This document shows, piece after piece, positions 18,576 through 28,688 of a stretch of DNA of 32,000 bases (within the stretch, counting starts at the first letter, position 1; each line of letters starts with the position of its first letter). The notes beneath the pieces were generated by a model. It had not been told where the DNA came from. It worked only from the letters and a program-made list of their open reading frames with translations, and made no database searches. Location of the stretch: sequence record JPID01000002.1, one strand, 5' to 3'. Position numbers and translations under genes: made by a program.

Positions 18576-18592
18576 GTTTTAAAGATCTATAT
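18553..18592 (-). terminator. Perfect 13-bp stem-loop downstream of rpoC2 (end of the rpoB-C1-C2 unit)
   Basis: ATATAGATCTTTA (18553-18565) / TAAAGATCTATAT (18580-18592), 14-nt loop. It begins 17 nt after the rpoC2 stop. The loop contains the trnV -35 candidate. Confidence 0.45.
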
Positions 18593-18609
18593 TAACTTAA
18601 TATATAATT

Positions 18610-21600
18610 TTAAAAAAATAATAACTTATTAGAAATTAAACCTGTTCCAGCTGGTATAGCTTGACCAACAATGACATTTTCATGTAAGCCTTGTAGAAAG
18701 TCACATTTTTTACTTAATGCACTTTTGATTAATACACGACTAACTTCTTGGAAACTGGCTGCTAATAAAAAACTATCTGATTGTAATACACTTTTACTAA
18801 TACCTAATATAATTGGCTCATATGTTGCTTCACGGAGCCCAATTTGTGATATTTTTCTATTAAATTTTTTAATCCAAGTATGTAAAACTAATTCGCCAGG
18901 CAATAAACCTGTTTCACCAGGTTCTAAAATACGAACTCGACTAGTCATTTGACGAACAATAACTTCAATATGTTTTTCAGAAATTTTTACGCCTTGATTG
19001 GAATAAGCATTATCAATATTTTCTACTAAAAAATTTTGGGCTTCTAAAAAACTTTTATCCACTGCTGTTGACCAATGTTCTGTGGTTAATAATTCCAGTT
19101 CCCGTACAAAAGCAGATTTTAAACGTAAATGAACGGTATCTGATAATACTTCACCACTTTGACTTTCACGTGCTTCAAATAATTGTTCAATTTTCGGGAT
19201 ACCTTGAACAATATCTTCAGTTTGTAGTCGACGAGATTTTAATGTGACAATTAACTGATTTTTCTGAATTAAATCATTATGTTCAACATGAACAATGCCA
19301 CGTGCTGAGATTAAAATTGGAGTTCCTAATCGTAAAATAATATTATCACGATTTTTTGTAATAAATTGTCCAGTAAAAATTGAAGCTTTAGCTTCTTCTA
19401 ATGGTTCACCCCAACGAATCATTTGGCCAAGTTTTTTCTGAATATTAGGTGATTGAATTGGAATTTTAATTAAATCAGAATTTTGTAAGACACTAATTAA
19501 ATTATTTGAGTTCACCAAATTTAATTCTCCACTATATTTAGATACAATATATCCATAACTAAATAGAGTGTTAGCTCGAATAATATTGTTATTAAATGTT
19601 GTAAATTTTAAATTTTTTGCTTGGTGTAATCCCGAATCATAATAATTATACATATGTAAACCACGGGAAAATGAATTTTTTAAATATTTAAAGTTACAAA
19701 GTAACTTAGGATATAAATTATTTTTATTACAACAAAATTGTAATCGAGCAACCATTAATTCTGAATTTGAATAATAACCAACTTTATTTTTATTTAAAAT
19801 TACTGAATTGAATTGTGGATAAACAAATCTTTTAAGGCCAGTTTTAATTTGTTTTGAATTCACATGGAATTTGTGACTAAAAATAAACGTGGATAATAAA
19901 TTTTTATATTCACTTAAAGTGATTGATGAAATCTCGTGACATTTTTTGAGTGATTTGACCGTTAAATTAGTTTGTACATTTTTATTCGATTTTGCTAATG
20001 GTAAATTTGCTTTATACCAAACTAAATTAGTTTTGAGTCTAGTTGAAACTTTATAAAAATTTGGCGTTTGTTTTGAATAAGAAAGTCTAAATTGTGAATC
20101 CAATAATAAGTGCTTTTTTTGATACCAAGTTTTAATATTTAAAATTGGATAATCATCGAAAATACAAGATGAAAATGGCAGAAGTGCTGAATAATATTTT
20201 GGAATTAAAAAGTTCGTGAATTCTAAATTATTTGGAATTAATTGAGTTTTTTTTAATAGATTTTGGTTTATTAGAATGGGCCAAGATTCATTTTTGTTAT
20301 CAAAAATAGTATTTTTACTATTTCTAACTATATTTTGTTCTTTCGAACATATAATAGATTTATTAGAGCCAGTTGTATACTGCAAAAAAGTTTTTTTATT
20401 AATAAAAATCTTTTTATTTTGAGACGTTCGAAATTTATTTGTTCGTCGTGCAAGTTTATAATAATGACCCTGTGGTATATAATTTTTTCCAAAAATTGCC
20501 GACCAAACTTTATTTAGAATTGAATTTGTGTATGTAAATTCTTTGAATTTATGTGAAAATTTAAAATGATTAAAATACCAAATTAAATCACTAGTATTAT
20601 TCGAATTACGTGCTTGGACAATTAAACCTAATTGTTTAATACTTGATGTAAAAATTAAATAATTTTGCTTTTGAATAATAGATGAAATTGGTAATTCACA
20701 AATATATAAACCAAAAGTTATGGAATCATTAATTAATTGAAGGCATTGAGTAAAGGGTGATAAGAATTCATATATTCCAATAGTTGTATGATTTGATATC
20801 AAATCACCTGGTCTAACCATTGACAAATTAGTTTGAATTTCTTGTTTTGGAGAATTTTTTAAAATCCAAAAACTGCCGATTTGAGACATACGACGCGTCT
20901 CGGATAAACCTAATGAATCTGAACTATTTTGATAAATTTGTGCAAATGATTTTGGAACTTGCAAGTCTGTACTAGCAATTTTTTGTTTTTCAATAATAAG
21001 ATTCATTGATTCATAAAAAATTTGACCAGTTTGTGTAGCATAAACGGGATGACTTGATTCAGGCAATTGCTGTTTTGTAACTTTAATATAAGAAGCTTGA
21101 CCAATAAGCCCTTTGCTTGAAATAACTTCCCCTTGTTTTACAAATAGAATGCTTCCAGGTGGTAATTGTGATTCAGTTAAAGAAAAAGTTTTATTTGTTG
21201 AAGATGTTATTTCCAATAAAATTTTATTTTCATTACTTGGAATATATTTCAACATAAAAGCAATTTTACCATTCGGGGTACGTACATAATGTCCTGGTAA
21301 AATTTCTAAAAAATTTATTTTTCCTCCATATGGTGCAAATAAAGGTTTTAATGCTTGATCAGAAAAAACACCAACTCCTCCAGTATGGAATGTACGCATT
21401 GTTAATTGTGTACCAGGTTCACCAATGGATTGAGCCGCAATAACTCCAACAGCTTCACCAATTTGAACAACTTTTCCGGATGCTAAACTCCATCCATAAC
21501 AACATTGACAAATTGATGTACGTGCACTACATGTTAATGGTGAACGAACTGGAATTTCTGAATATTCTTTACATATAGTATGTGCATCTTGAGCAGAAAT

Positions 21601-22392
21601 TATATGATTTTTTTCAAAAATCTTATCTTGAATAATCAATTTTTTCGCTAATACCCTACCAATTAAGCGAGATTTTAAATTAGCGCCAGTTAATATACGA
21701 TATTGATCTGTTTGGCAATTTGTAATAGATACAACTGCATGTTGGGCTGAATCAACTAATCGACGCGTTAAATAACCAGATGTAGCAGTACGTAATGCTG
21801 TATCAACTAAACCTTTTCGGGCACCATAACAAGAAATAAGGTATTCAGTAATAGTTAAGCCTTCACGAAAATTACTTTGAATTGGAAATTCTAAAATTGC
21901 ACCTTGTGGATCAGCCATTAAACCCCGCATTGCAATTAATTGTCGAACTTGGGACACATTACCACGAGCGCCTGAAAAGGCCATCATATAAACAGGATTT
22001 ATTGGGTTTTTTAATTTAAAATTTTGAATTGCTGTTTGGCGAAGTTTATCACTTGTTTGATTCCAAATTTCAATTAAAGATTGTGATTTTTCAACACTTG
22101 TTAATAAACCTTGATTATTTAATTGCTCAATTTGTTTATTTTCCAGTTGACTTTGTGTAATTAAAGTTGGTTTTTCAGGTGGAATTTGAAGATCTTCAAT
22201 TCCTAATGAAATACCAGCAACAGTTGCTTGATGAAAACCATTTAATTTTAATTGTTCTAAAAATTTTATTGTTTTTCGTTCACCATAATTTGTTAAAAAC
22301 CAAGAAACTAAATTTTTGACTTGGTTTTTATCAAAACAGGCATTAAAAAAAATCACTTTATTGTGATTTGTATTGAAATCAAGTAAATTCAT
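18610..22392 (-). CDS. rpoC2: RNA polymerase beta'' subunit
   Basis: The 1260-aa ORF has a conserved N-terminal part (...MMAFSGARGNVSQVRQLIAMRGLMADPQG..., AAQSIGEPGTQLTMRTFHTGG). It also has a conserved C-terminal ~245 aa (...EDIVQGIPKIEQLFEAR..., ISEKHIEVIVRQMTS, GLHENVIVGQAIPAGTG). These flank a ~530-aa low-complexity middle region. Confidence 0.97.
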   Translation of the reverse strand: MNLLDFNTNHNKVIFFNACFDKNQVKNLVSWFLTNYGERKTIKFLEQLKLNGFHQATVAGISLGIEDLQIPPEKPTLITQSQLENKQIEQLNNQGLLTSVEKSQSLIEIWNQTSDKLRQTAIQNFKLKNPINPVYMMAFSGARGNVSQVRQLIAMRGLMADPQGAILEFPIQSNFREGLTITEYLISCYGARKGLVDTALRTATSGYLTRRLVDSAQHAVVSITNCQTDQYRILTGANLKSRLIGRVLAKKLIIQDKIFEKNHIISAQDAHTICKEYSEIPVRSPLTCSARTSICQCCYGWSLASGKVVQIGEAVGVIAAQSIGEPGTQLTMRTFHTGGVGVFSDQALKPLFAPYGGKINFLEILPGHYVRTPNGKIAFMLKYIPSNENKILLEITSSTNKTFSLTESQLPPGSILFVKQGEVISSKGLIGQASYIKVTKQQLPESSHPVYATQTGQIFYESMNLIIEKQKIASTDLQVPKSFAQIYQNSSDSLGLSETRRMSQIGSFWILKNSPKQEIQTNLSMVRPGDLISNHTTIGIYEFLSPFTQCLQLINDSITFGLYICELPISSIIQKQNYLIFTSSIKQLGLIVQARNSNNTSDLIWYFNHFKFSHKFKEFTYTNSILNKVWSAIFGKNYIPQGHYYKLARRTNKFRTSQNKKIFINKKTFLQYTTGSNKSIICSKEQNIVRNSKNTIFDNKNESWPILINQNLLKKTQLIPNNLEFTNFLIPKYYSALLPFSSCIFDDYPILNIKTWYQKKHLLLDSQFRLSYSKQTPNFYKVSTRLKTNLVWYKANLPLAKSNKNVQTNLTVKSLKKCHEISSITLSEYKNLLSTFIFSHKFHVNSKQIKTGLKRFVYPQFNSVILNKNKVGYYSNSELMVARLQFCCNKNNLYPKLLCNFKYLKNSFSRGLHMYNYYDSGLHQAKNLKFTTFNNNIIRANTLFSYGYIVSKYSGELNLVNSNNLISVLQNSDLIKIPIQSPNIQKKLGQMIRWGEPLEEAKASIFTGQFITKNRDNIILRLGTPILISARGIVHVEHNDLIQKNQLIVTLKSRRLQTEDIVQGIPKIEQLFEARESQSGEVLSDTVHLRLKSAFVRELELLTTEHWSTAVDKSFLEAQNFLVENIDNAYSNQGVKISEKHIEVIVRQMTSRVRILEPGETGLLPGELVLHTWIKKFNRKISQIGLREATYEPIILGISKSVLQSDSFLLAASFQEVSRVLIKSALSKKCDFLQGLHENVIVGQAIPAGTGLISNKLLFF

Positions 22393-22423
22393 AATGGATA
22401 AAAAATAATCTTTTAAAAAGATT

Positions 22424-24652
22424 TTAGCTATAAATTAAATTATTCATTAGTACACGACCAGCAGTTGTTCTATAAAAATAACTTGGTGTTAATGAACTTT
22501 TGGATTCATGCACTATATAGGTTTCGTGAAAATACGTATATTTATTTCCATTTTTCATTAATCGAATCTCTAAGGGTTTATTTACTTCTTTTGATTGTTT
22601 TTCGCCAATTAATGTTTGAACTGGAAAATTTAATTTTATCCAAATTGGAGTATGTGTATGGATTTTATTACTTTGGTAATCGGCAAGAATTTCTGAAATG
22701 GTAGAATACCAAATATTGAATTTTAAAGATTGTTCTTTTTGAAATTTGTTGTATTTTAATAATGTTAAATAATAACAACCAAGAACCATATCTTGGGTCG
22801 GTAAAAGTAATGGTTGCCCAGAAGCTGGTGATAATAAATGATTACATGATAAAAGTAAATTAAAAGTTTCAGCACGAGCACTTGTTGATAATGGAATATG
22901 AACTGCCATTTGATCTCCATCAAAATCAGCATTAAAAGCTGGACAAACAAGTGGGTGTAATAGAATTGCTTTACCTTCAACAAGTTTTGGAATAAAAGCT
23001 TGAATACCTAAACGATGTAAAGTAGGAGCTCGATTTAGTAAAATGGGATGACTTTGCATAATTTCACGTAATAAAACCCAAATAATTGGTTTTCGTTCCA
23101 TAATGATAGCTTTTGCACCAATTGTTGTAAAAGCCATTCCTTTATTACGTAATCGCTGAATTAGAAATGGTTGAAATAATTCAATAGCCATTTGTTTAGG
23201 TAATCCACATTCATGGATTTTTAATTCTGGACCAACAACAATTACAGACCTACCTGAATAATCAACTCGTTTTCCTAATAAATGTTGACGAAATCGACCA
23301 CGTTTACCTTTTAATGCATCTAATAAAGATTTTGTTACTTTCCCTGAATCAACTTTTCCCGTTTTTAATAATGCATCGACTGATTCTTGTACTTGGCGTA
23401 AGTTATAACACCAAGAAGCCCAACTACCACTTAAAGCAGTATCAAAAATACTAAATTGAGTTCTGTTTATTAATCGACGGTTTCTTGTTAAAACTTTACG
23501 ATAAAGACTATTTAAGTCAGAAATAACTAGTTCTCCTCGAATTGAAGTAATTGGGCGTAAACCCGGTGGAAGAACTGGTAGATAACTTAAAATCATCCAT
23601 GCTAATTGTGTATTTGATTTATAAAAATCACGAAAATAAGTAATGCGACGTAATAATTTTTTTTCTAATTCTTTAAATCGTGTTATTTCAAGTTGAACTT
23701 TAGTTTTTTCCAACTTGGGTAACCAAGTCATTTCGATACGTTCTTTTAAAAAATTGATTGATTGTTTTACTTCATTAATATCTAATGCTAATTGTTGTTG
23801 TAAACCAATTAAATCATAATATGATAAGATTTTTTGGAATACAACTCCACCGGTTTGAATGGGATAATAATTACTATGTTTTGGAACACTTTTTAATGCA
23901 AAATTTTGAGTTTTATTATTAAAAGAATAATATGGATTAACAATGTCGTCGACTTGTGGTTGATCCCACATATACACTAAAAAATCTTGTAAATCTTCTA
24001 CTTGTCGCCAAGTAGCATCATAACATAATCCATAAATACGAATTTCAAAATATTTATTATATTGCTGTAAATTAGAAAATTGTTGATTCTTACTTTTATG
24101 TGTAAATAAGCGTGGTTTATCCTTAACTTGAAGTTTTAAGTTATCCAAATGACTTTTTTTAAAGTCCACTTTAATATTCATCTCCGATGAAAAATACTTC
24201 AATGTATTTGGTAGATGAATAAATTCTGTTCCATATAATACACCTTGGAGTTTTTTATTAGGCCAACTTAAACATAAACCAAGGGGTGATGGTTTTTGAA
24301 TAGAATATAACGTATGAGCCATTGGTTGATTTAAAGCAATATAACCCATTCGATATCTTCTAGTTAATGATTTTGTTCTTTCTACTCCACAGCGTGGACA
24401 AACACCTCCATTTACTTTTGTTGTTTTTTTGCCACAAGCACAAGTATAATCAGAAATTGGGCCAAAAATTTTTTGGCAAAATAAACCATTTGGTTCGGGT
24501 TTTAATGTTTTATAATTAACTGTTTCCCAACTTGTTACTTGACCAACTATTTCACCGGTTGGTAAAAAACGCTCCGCCCAAGATTTGATTTCTTTAGGCG
24601 AAGCTAAACCTATTTCTAAATGTTGAAATTTACGACCATTTGTTTGATACAT
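22424..24652 (-). CDS. rpoC1: RNA polymerase beta' subunit
   Basis: The 742-aa ORF has the Zn-binding CACGKK...CPRCGVE, the catalytic NADFDGDQMAVH and the RAPTLHRLGIQAF motif. It has no intron. Confidence 0.97.
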   Translation of the reverse strand: MYQTNGRKFQHLEIGLASPKEIKSWAERFLPTGEIVGQVTSWETVNYKTLKPEPNGLFCQKIFGPISDYTCACGKKTTKVNGGVCPRCGVERTKSLTRRYRMGYIALNQPMAHTLYSIQKPSPLGLCLSWPNKKLQGVLYGTEFIHLPNTLKYFSSEMNIKVDFKKSHLDNLKLQVKDKPRLFTHKSKNQQFSNLQQYNKYFEIRIYGLCYDATWRQVEDLQDFLVYMWDQPQVDDIVNPYYSFNNKTQNFALKSVPKHSNYYPIQTGGVVFQKILSYYDLIGLQQQLALDINEVKQSINFLKERIEMTWLPKLEKTKVQLEITRFKELEKKLLRRITYFRDFYKSNTQLAWMILSYLPVLPPGLRPITSIRGELVISDLNSLYRKVLTRNRRLINRTQFSIFDTALSGSWASWCYNLRQVQESVDALLKTGKVDSGKVTKSLLDALKGKRGRFRQHLLGKRVDYSGRSVIVVGPELKIHECGLPKQMAIELFQPFLIQRLRNKGMAFTTIGAKAIIMERKPIIWVLLREIMQSHPILLNRAPTLHRLGIQAFIPKLVEGKAILLHPLVCPAFNADFDGDQMAVHIPLSTSARAETFNLLLSCNHLLSPASGQPLLLPTQDMVLGCYYLTLLKYNKFQKEQSLKFNIWYSTISEILADYQSNKIHTHTPIWIKLNFPVQTLIGEKQSKEVNKPLEIRLMKNGNKYTYFHETYIVHESKSSLTPSYFYRTTAGRVLMNNLIYS

Positions 24653-24688
24653 TGTTTTTCGATTTTTTTGTTTTCTAAAAATTAGAAA

Positions 24689-27600
24689 CTACCCTAAACT
24701 TTCAATTTGATTAAAATCTATTGTTTGTAGTAATCCTGTATTTTTCTGGATTCCAAATAATTTTAAGTCAAAACAAAGCGCTTGGAGTTCACGAATTAAA
24801 ACTCTGAAGCTTTCAGGTGTTCCAAATTCAATTGGTTGATTTGTATGAATTTGAAAAGCTGCTTCTACACGACCTCGAACATCATCTGATTTAATTGTTA
24901 AAAATTCTTGTAAAATTGTAGCTGCTCCATATGCTTGTAATGCCCAAACTTCCATTTCCCCTAATCTTTGACCACCATTACGCGATCTACCACGAACTGG
25001 TTGTTGAGTAATAGCAGAATACGGTCCAGTTGAACGTGCATGTAGTTTATCATCAACTAAATGGACAAGTTTTAACATGTAAGTACATCCAACCGTAATA
25101 GGTTGGTCAAAAGTTGTTCCTGTTCGCCCATCAAATAATTTAATTTTACCAGGATGATGTGGTTCAAATAACCAGTTCTGGCCGCTCTTTAATGATGCTT
25201 CAAATAATTTTGAATAAACAAAACTACGTGACGATTCAGAACCATATTTTTCATCAAATAAATTAATTAGATAAGATTCATTTAAGTATGTTCCAGCTAA
25301 ACCTAATAAACATTCTAAAATCTGACCTACATTCATTCGAGAAGGTACACCTAAAGGATTTAATACAATATCAACTGGTCGGCCATCTGGTAAATATGGC
25401 ATATCATATGCTGGAATTATATTTGAAACAATCCCTTTATTACCATGTCGTCCAGCCATTTTATCGCCAACCTGAATACGACGTTTATGTAATAATGCTA
25501 CACGAACGCGTAAAATTGCATCTTTAGGCGCAATTGCAAGAACTTCTGCTTCTTTCGGTGGTAAAATATTTATATCAAAAACAAATCCTTCGACACCTTT
25601 TGGAACACGTAAACTTGTATCACGCACATTTTTTTGTTCTGAACTTAATTGATTATCACGTTCCATTAGTACGTTATATAATTTTTCATATTGTTGTTGG
25701 ACAGACTGAATTTTTTGACTAGTTGGTGTAATTTTACCAACTAAATAATCACCTTCTTTTACCCACGTTCCAATTGGAATAAAACCATTTGGTTGAAGTC
25801 TTTGAATACGTAATATTTCTTCTTCTGATTCTGTAAACTCAATTGGAATTTGATTTGTAATTTTTTCTAATCCATATTGTGTATTTTTTACTTCAATTTC
25901 ATAATAATCTAAATGTAATGATGTAAATATATCTTCATTTACTAAACGCTCACTAATTAAAATAGCATCCTCAAAATTATAACCTTCCCATGGTAAATAA
26001 GCGACTAAAATATTTTTTCCTAATGCAATTTTACCTTCTGCACTTGCTGCGCCATCAGCTAAAATATCTGCTTTTTGAATCCAATTTCCACTTTTGACAA
26101 TTGGGCGTTGATACTTGACTGTACTTTGATTTGTTCGTTTATATTGTTCTAACAAAATCCTTTTCGTTAAATTTGATTGAATCGAATTTGAATTTACATT
26201 TGATACTGAAGTAGAGAGCGACTTTCGTAATTCTGTAATAGCTGAGAATTTGAATTTTAGATTTTTTTGTAAAGATTTCTTATTTACGTTATTAGAATGA
26301 AACGTAGGTAAATATTTATGAATAGTAGTTGATTTAAAAATTGATGGATTTGAATTTAATGGTAATGAATTTGGAATAAAAATATCAATTGATTTGCCAC
26401 TAACATTTGTAATATATCCTGATAAATTACTATTTAACGAATGCTGAATATCAGAAATTACACGACTTTCTAACCCAGTTTGAACATAAGCAGTTTCTGG
26501 TCGAATTAATGGAACTGCTTGGCGTTGCATATTAGATCCCATTAATGCACGGTTTGCATCATCATGTTCTAAAAATGGAATCAAACTTGTTGCAATTGAT
26601 ATCATCTGTAATGTATCAACCGATTGGTTAGTAATATCTTTATAATCTGAATAATCAAATTTTCGATTTTTTCGAGTCGGAAGTTGGAGTCTTGGTAACA
26701 TACCCGTACCCGAACATGTAATATCTGCTGGTGCAATTGAATAATTTACTTCATTAAATGGAATATTATAAATAGGGTTTAAAAACTGTTGAACTTGTCC
26801 TTTGTATACTTGAAAAAATGGTGTTTCAATTGACCCCAATTTATTTGGGCGAGCAAACACTGTTAACGAATTAACTAAACCTGCATTTTGGCCTTCTGGC
26901 GTTTCAATTGGACATAAACGCCCATAATACGTCGGGTGAATACCACGAATTTGAATCGTTGTTTGTTTACTACTTACTCCCCCTGGTCCTAATACCGTAA
27001 TACGACGTTTATGAGTAATTTCTGCTAAAGGGTTTGTTTCATCTAGGAATTGTGCTAAAGTTCCACTTGTAAAAAAGCTTTTCCAAGATTTACTTACACA
27101 CTTTGATAAATTTGATTTTTGTAATTTCCATACAATTTCAGAATCATTTTGGATGGATAAATTTAATTTGCGACTCATAACAATTTCAAATTCACGTATT
27201 CCACGAACTAATTGATCTTGTAATAATTCACCACAACCACGAATACGTTTATTCGATAAACTATCAATATCATCACCTTCAATTTCACCAGAAATTAATT
27301 TCAATAAAGCATTTGTTGCATAAACTAAATCATCACCACATAATAATGTTGAATTAGAAGAAATAGTACTATTAAATTTATATTTAAATTGTTGACGGCC
27401 AATATAACCTAAGTCACGGTTTTTTGGATTCCACAAAATTGAATTAAAAAATTCTTGTGCAGTTTCTGAAGTTACAACTTGATCGCGACCTAACGTTGTA
27501 TATTCTTGAATATGCGCATATATATAACGAATTGCTTCAATGCGAGTTTGTGGGTGAGAATTCAATTTTGCTCGTTCTAAAATTCGACCATGACGCGTTT

Positions 27601-28291
27601 TTTCTTGCGTTTTTTGATCACGAATAAAACTAAATTGAAGCATTTGTGAATGTTCAATTCTTGCACATAATTCGGAAATTGAAATACCAAGCGCTTGTAA
27701 AAAAATTATTAATGAAATTTTACGACGTAATAGTCGAGTTGTAATCCATAATCGATTTTTTTTATCAATAGTTATATTTAACCAACTACCTTGTTCCGGA
27801 ACTATACGAATAGTTGGAACACGGGTACGTGAATCATTCGGAAGAATATATATTCCTGGATTTCGTACCATTTGATATAATACAATTCGTGGAATTCCAT
27901 TAATAATAAAATGCCCACTTGGAGTCATTAATGGTAAGAACCCTAATAATAACCACTCAACTTTAGATTTTTTCCATTGAGTACTTGAAATAACAGCTGG
28001 AATATAAACTGAACAGCCATAAGTTTTACCTGAAAAAAGCGAATTTTGTTCTTTATTATCTGGCGTACGAAATTGTAATTTTTCGGGCAAAAATTTAATT
28101 TTTAGTGAATGAATTCCATAAGAACAATTTACAGGCGTATTTTCATTTAAACCAATTTGGATTCCTTGAATTAAAAATTTTTGGAAACTCCCATATTGTA
28201 ATGAAACTAAATCTGGTATAATTGGCTTTGGTAATTTTTTTTTTTTAATAATTTTATTATTAGACATAGTAGATTCAAATGTATGGACCAT
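24689..28291 (-). CDS. rpoB: RNA polymerase beta subunit
   Basis: The 1200-aa ORF carries the motifs GELLQDQ, NPLAEITHKRRITVLGPGG, ETPEGQNAGLVNSL, LEHDDANRALMGSNMQRQAVP, NFEDAILISERL, GDKMAGRHGNKGIVS and GEMEVWALQAYGAA. The start may instead be the second ATG (28267, MSNNK...). Confidence 0.97.
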   Translation of the reverse strand: MVHTFESTMSNNKIIKKKKLPKPIIPDLVSLQYGSFQKFLIQGIQIGLNENTPVNCSYGIHSLKIKFLPEKLQFRTPDNKEQNSLFSGKTYGCSVYIPAVISSTQWKKSKVEWLLLGFLPLMTPSGHFIINGIPRIVLYQMVRNPGIYILPNDSRTRVPTIRIVPEQGSWLNITIDKKNRLWITTRLLRRKISLIIFLQALGISISELCARIEHSQMLQFSFIRDQKTQEKTRHGRILERAKLNSHPQTRIEAIRYIYAHIQEYTTLGRDQVVTSETAQEFFNSILWNPKNRDLGYIGRQQFKYKFNSTISSNSTLLCGDDLVYATNALLKLISGEIEGDDIDSLSNKRIRGCGELLQDQLVRGIREFEIVMSRKLNLSIQNDSEIVWKLQKSNLSKCVSKSWKSFFTSGTLAQFLDETNPLAEITHKRRITVLGPGGVSSKQTTIQIRGIHPTYYGRLCPIETPEGQNAGLVNSLTVFARPNKLGSIETPFFQVYKGQVQQFLNPIYNIPFNEVNYSIAPADITCSGTGMLPRLQLPTRKNRKFDYSDYKDITNQSVDTLQMISIATSLIPFLEHDDANRALMGSNMQRQAVPLIRPETAYVQTGLESRVISDIQHSLNSNLSGYITNVSGKSIDIFIPNSLPLNSNPSIFKSTTIHKYLPTFHSNNVNKKSLQKNLKFKFSAITELRKSLSTSVSNVNSNSIQSNLTKRILLEQYKRTNQSTVKYQRPIVKSGNWIQKADILADGAASAEGKIALGKNILVAYLPWEGYNFEDAILISERLVNEDIFTSLHLDYYEIEVKNTQYGLEKITNQIPIEFTESEEEILRIQRLQPNGFIPIGTWVKEGDYLVGKITPTSQKIQSVQQQYEKLYNVLMERDNQLSSEQKNVRDTSLRVPKGVEGFVFDINILPPKEAEVLAIAPKDAILRVRVALLHKRRIQVGDKMAGRHGNKGIVSNIIPAYDMPYLPDGRPVDIVLNPLGVPSRMNVGQILECLLGLAGTYLNESYLINLFDEKYGSESSRSFVYSKLFEASLKSGQNWLFEPHHPGKIKLFDGRTGTTFDQPITVGCTYMLKLVHLVDDKLHARSTGPYSAITQQPVRGRSRNGGQRLGEMEVWALQAYGAATILQEFLTIKSDDVRGRVEAAFQIHTNQPIEFGTPESFRVLIRELQALCFDLKLFGIQKNTGLLQTIDFNQIESLG

Positions 28292-28376
28292 CCTGAAAAA
28301 TTTGTTATACTAATGATTAAATATCGTTAACCTATACAATTTTAGTAAAAGAGGTTCGATATATATATATTTCAGC

Positions 28377-28448
28377 GGCGGTATAGCCAAGTGGTAAGGC
28401 CGTGGATTGCAAATCCTCTATTCCCCAGTTCGAATCTGGGTGCCGCCT
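28377..28448 (+). tRNA. trnC: tRNA-Cys (anticodon GCA)
   Basis: GGCGGTATAGCCAAGTGGTAAGGCCGTGGATTGCAAATCCTCTATTCCCCAGTTCGAATCTGGGTGCCGCCT; acceptor GGCGGTA/TGCCGCC, anticodon loop TTGCAAA. There is one U-U mismatch in the anticodon stem. Confidence 0.92.
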
Positions 28449-28628
28449 ATTAAATAAATGAAATTAAAGTATTTTATTAACAAAAAAATGAGATTCATAA
28501 TTCTCATGTTATATTCAACCCATAATGTTGCTACTTTTCAGTCCTCACATGATTCTGAATCAAATGACATAGAATATGAACCTCATTTATCATCCTATCA
28601 TGATGATAAGTTATTGTCGATATCTATT

Positions 28629-28686
28629 TATGTATCTCTTTATTGAAAGAGAGATACATATAGTATATAAGTTCAGGTGAACTTAT
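28629..28686 (-). terminator. Two tandem stem-loops in the petD 3' region
   Basis: Hairpin 1 is ATAAGTTCA (28667-28675) / TGAACTTAT (28678-28686) and starts 2 nt after the petD stop. Hairpin 2 is TATGTATCTC (28629-28638) / GAGATACATA (28651-28660). Hairpin 2 is extendable to 13 bp with a 2-nt bulge. Confidence 0.45.
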
Positions 28687-28688
28687 TA

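Noticed and set aside
28458-28646. 62-aa ORF in the 240-bp trnC-petD spacer (MKLKYFINKKMRFIILMLYSTHNVATFQSSHDSESNDIEYEPHLSSYHDDKLL...)
   Set aside because: It has no similarity to any plastid protein I know and no SD or promoter context. Its 3' end runs through the petD 3' hairpin. I also translated the minus strand of this spacer and found only ORFs of up to 20 codons. It could be rechecked by conservation in relatives.
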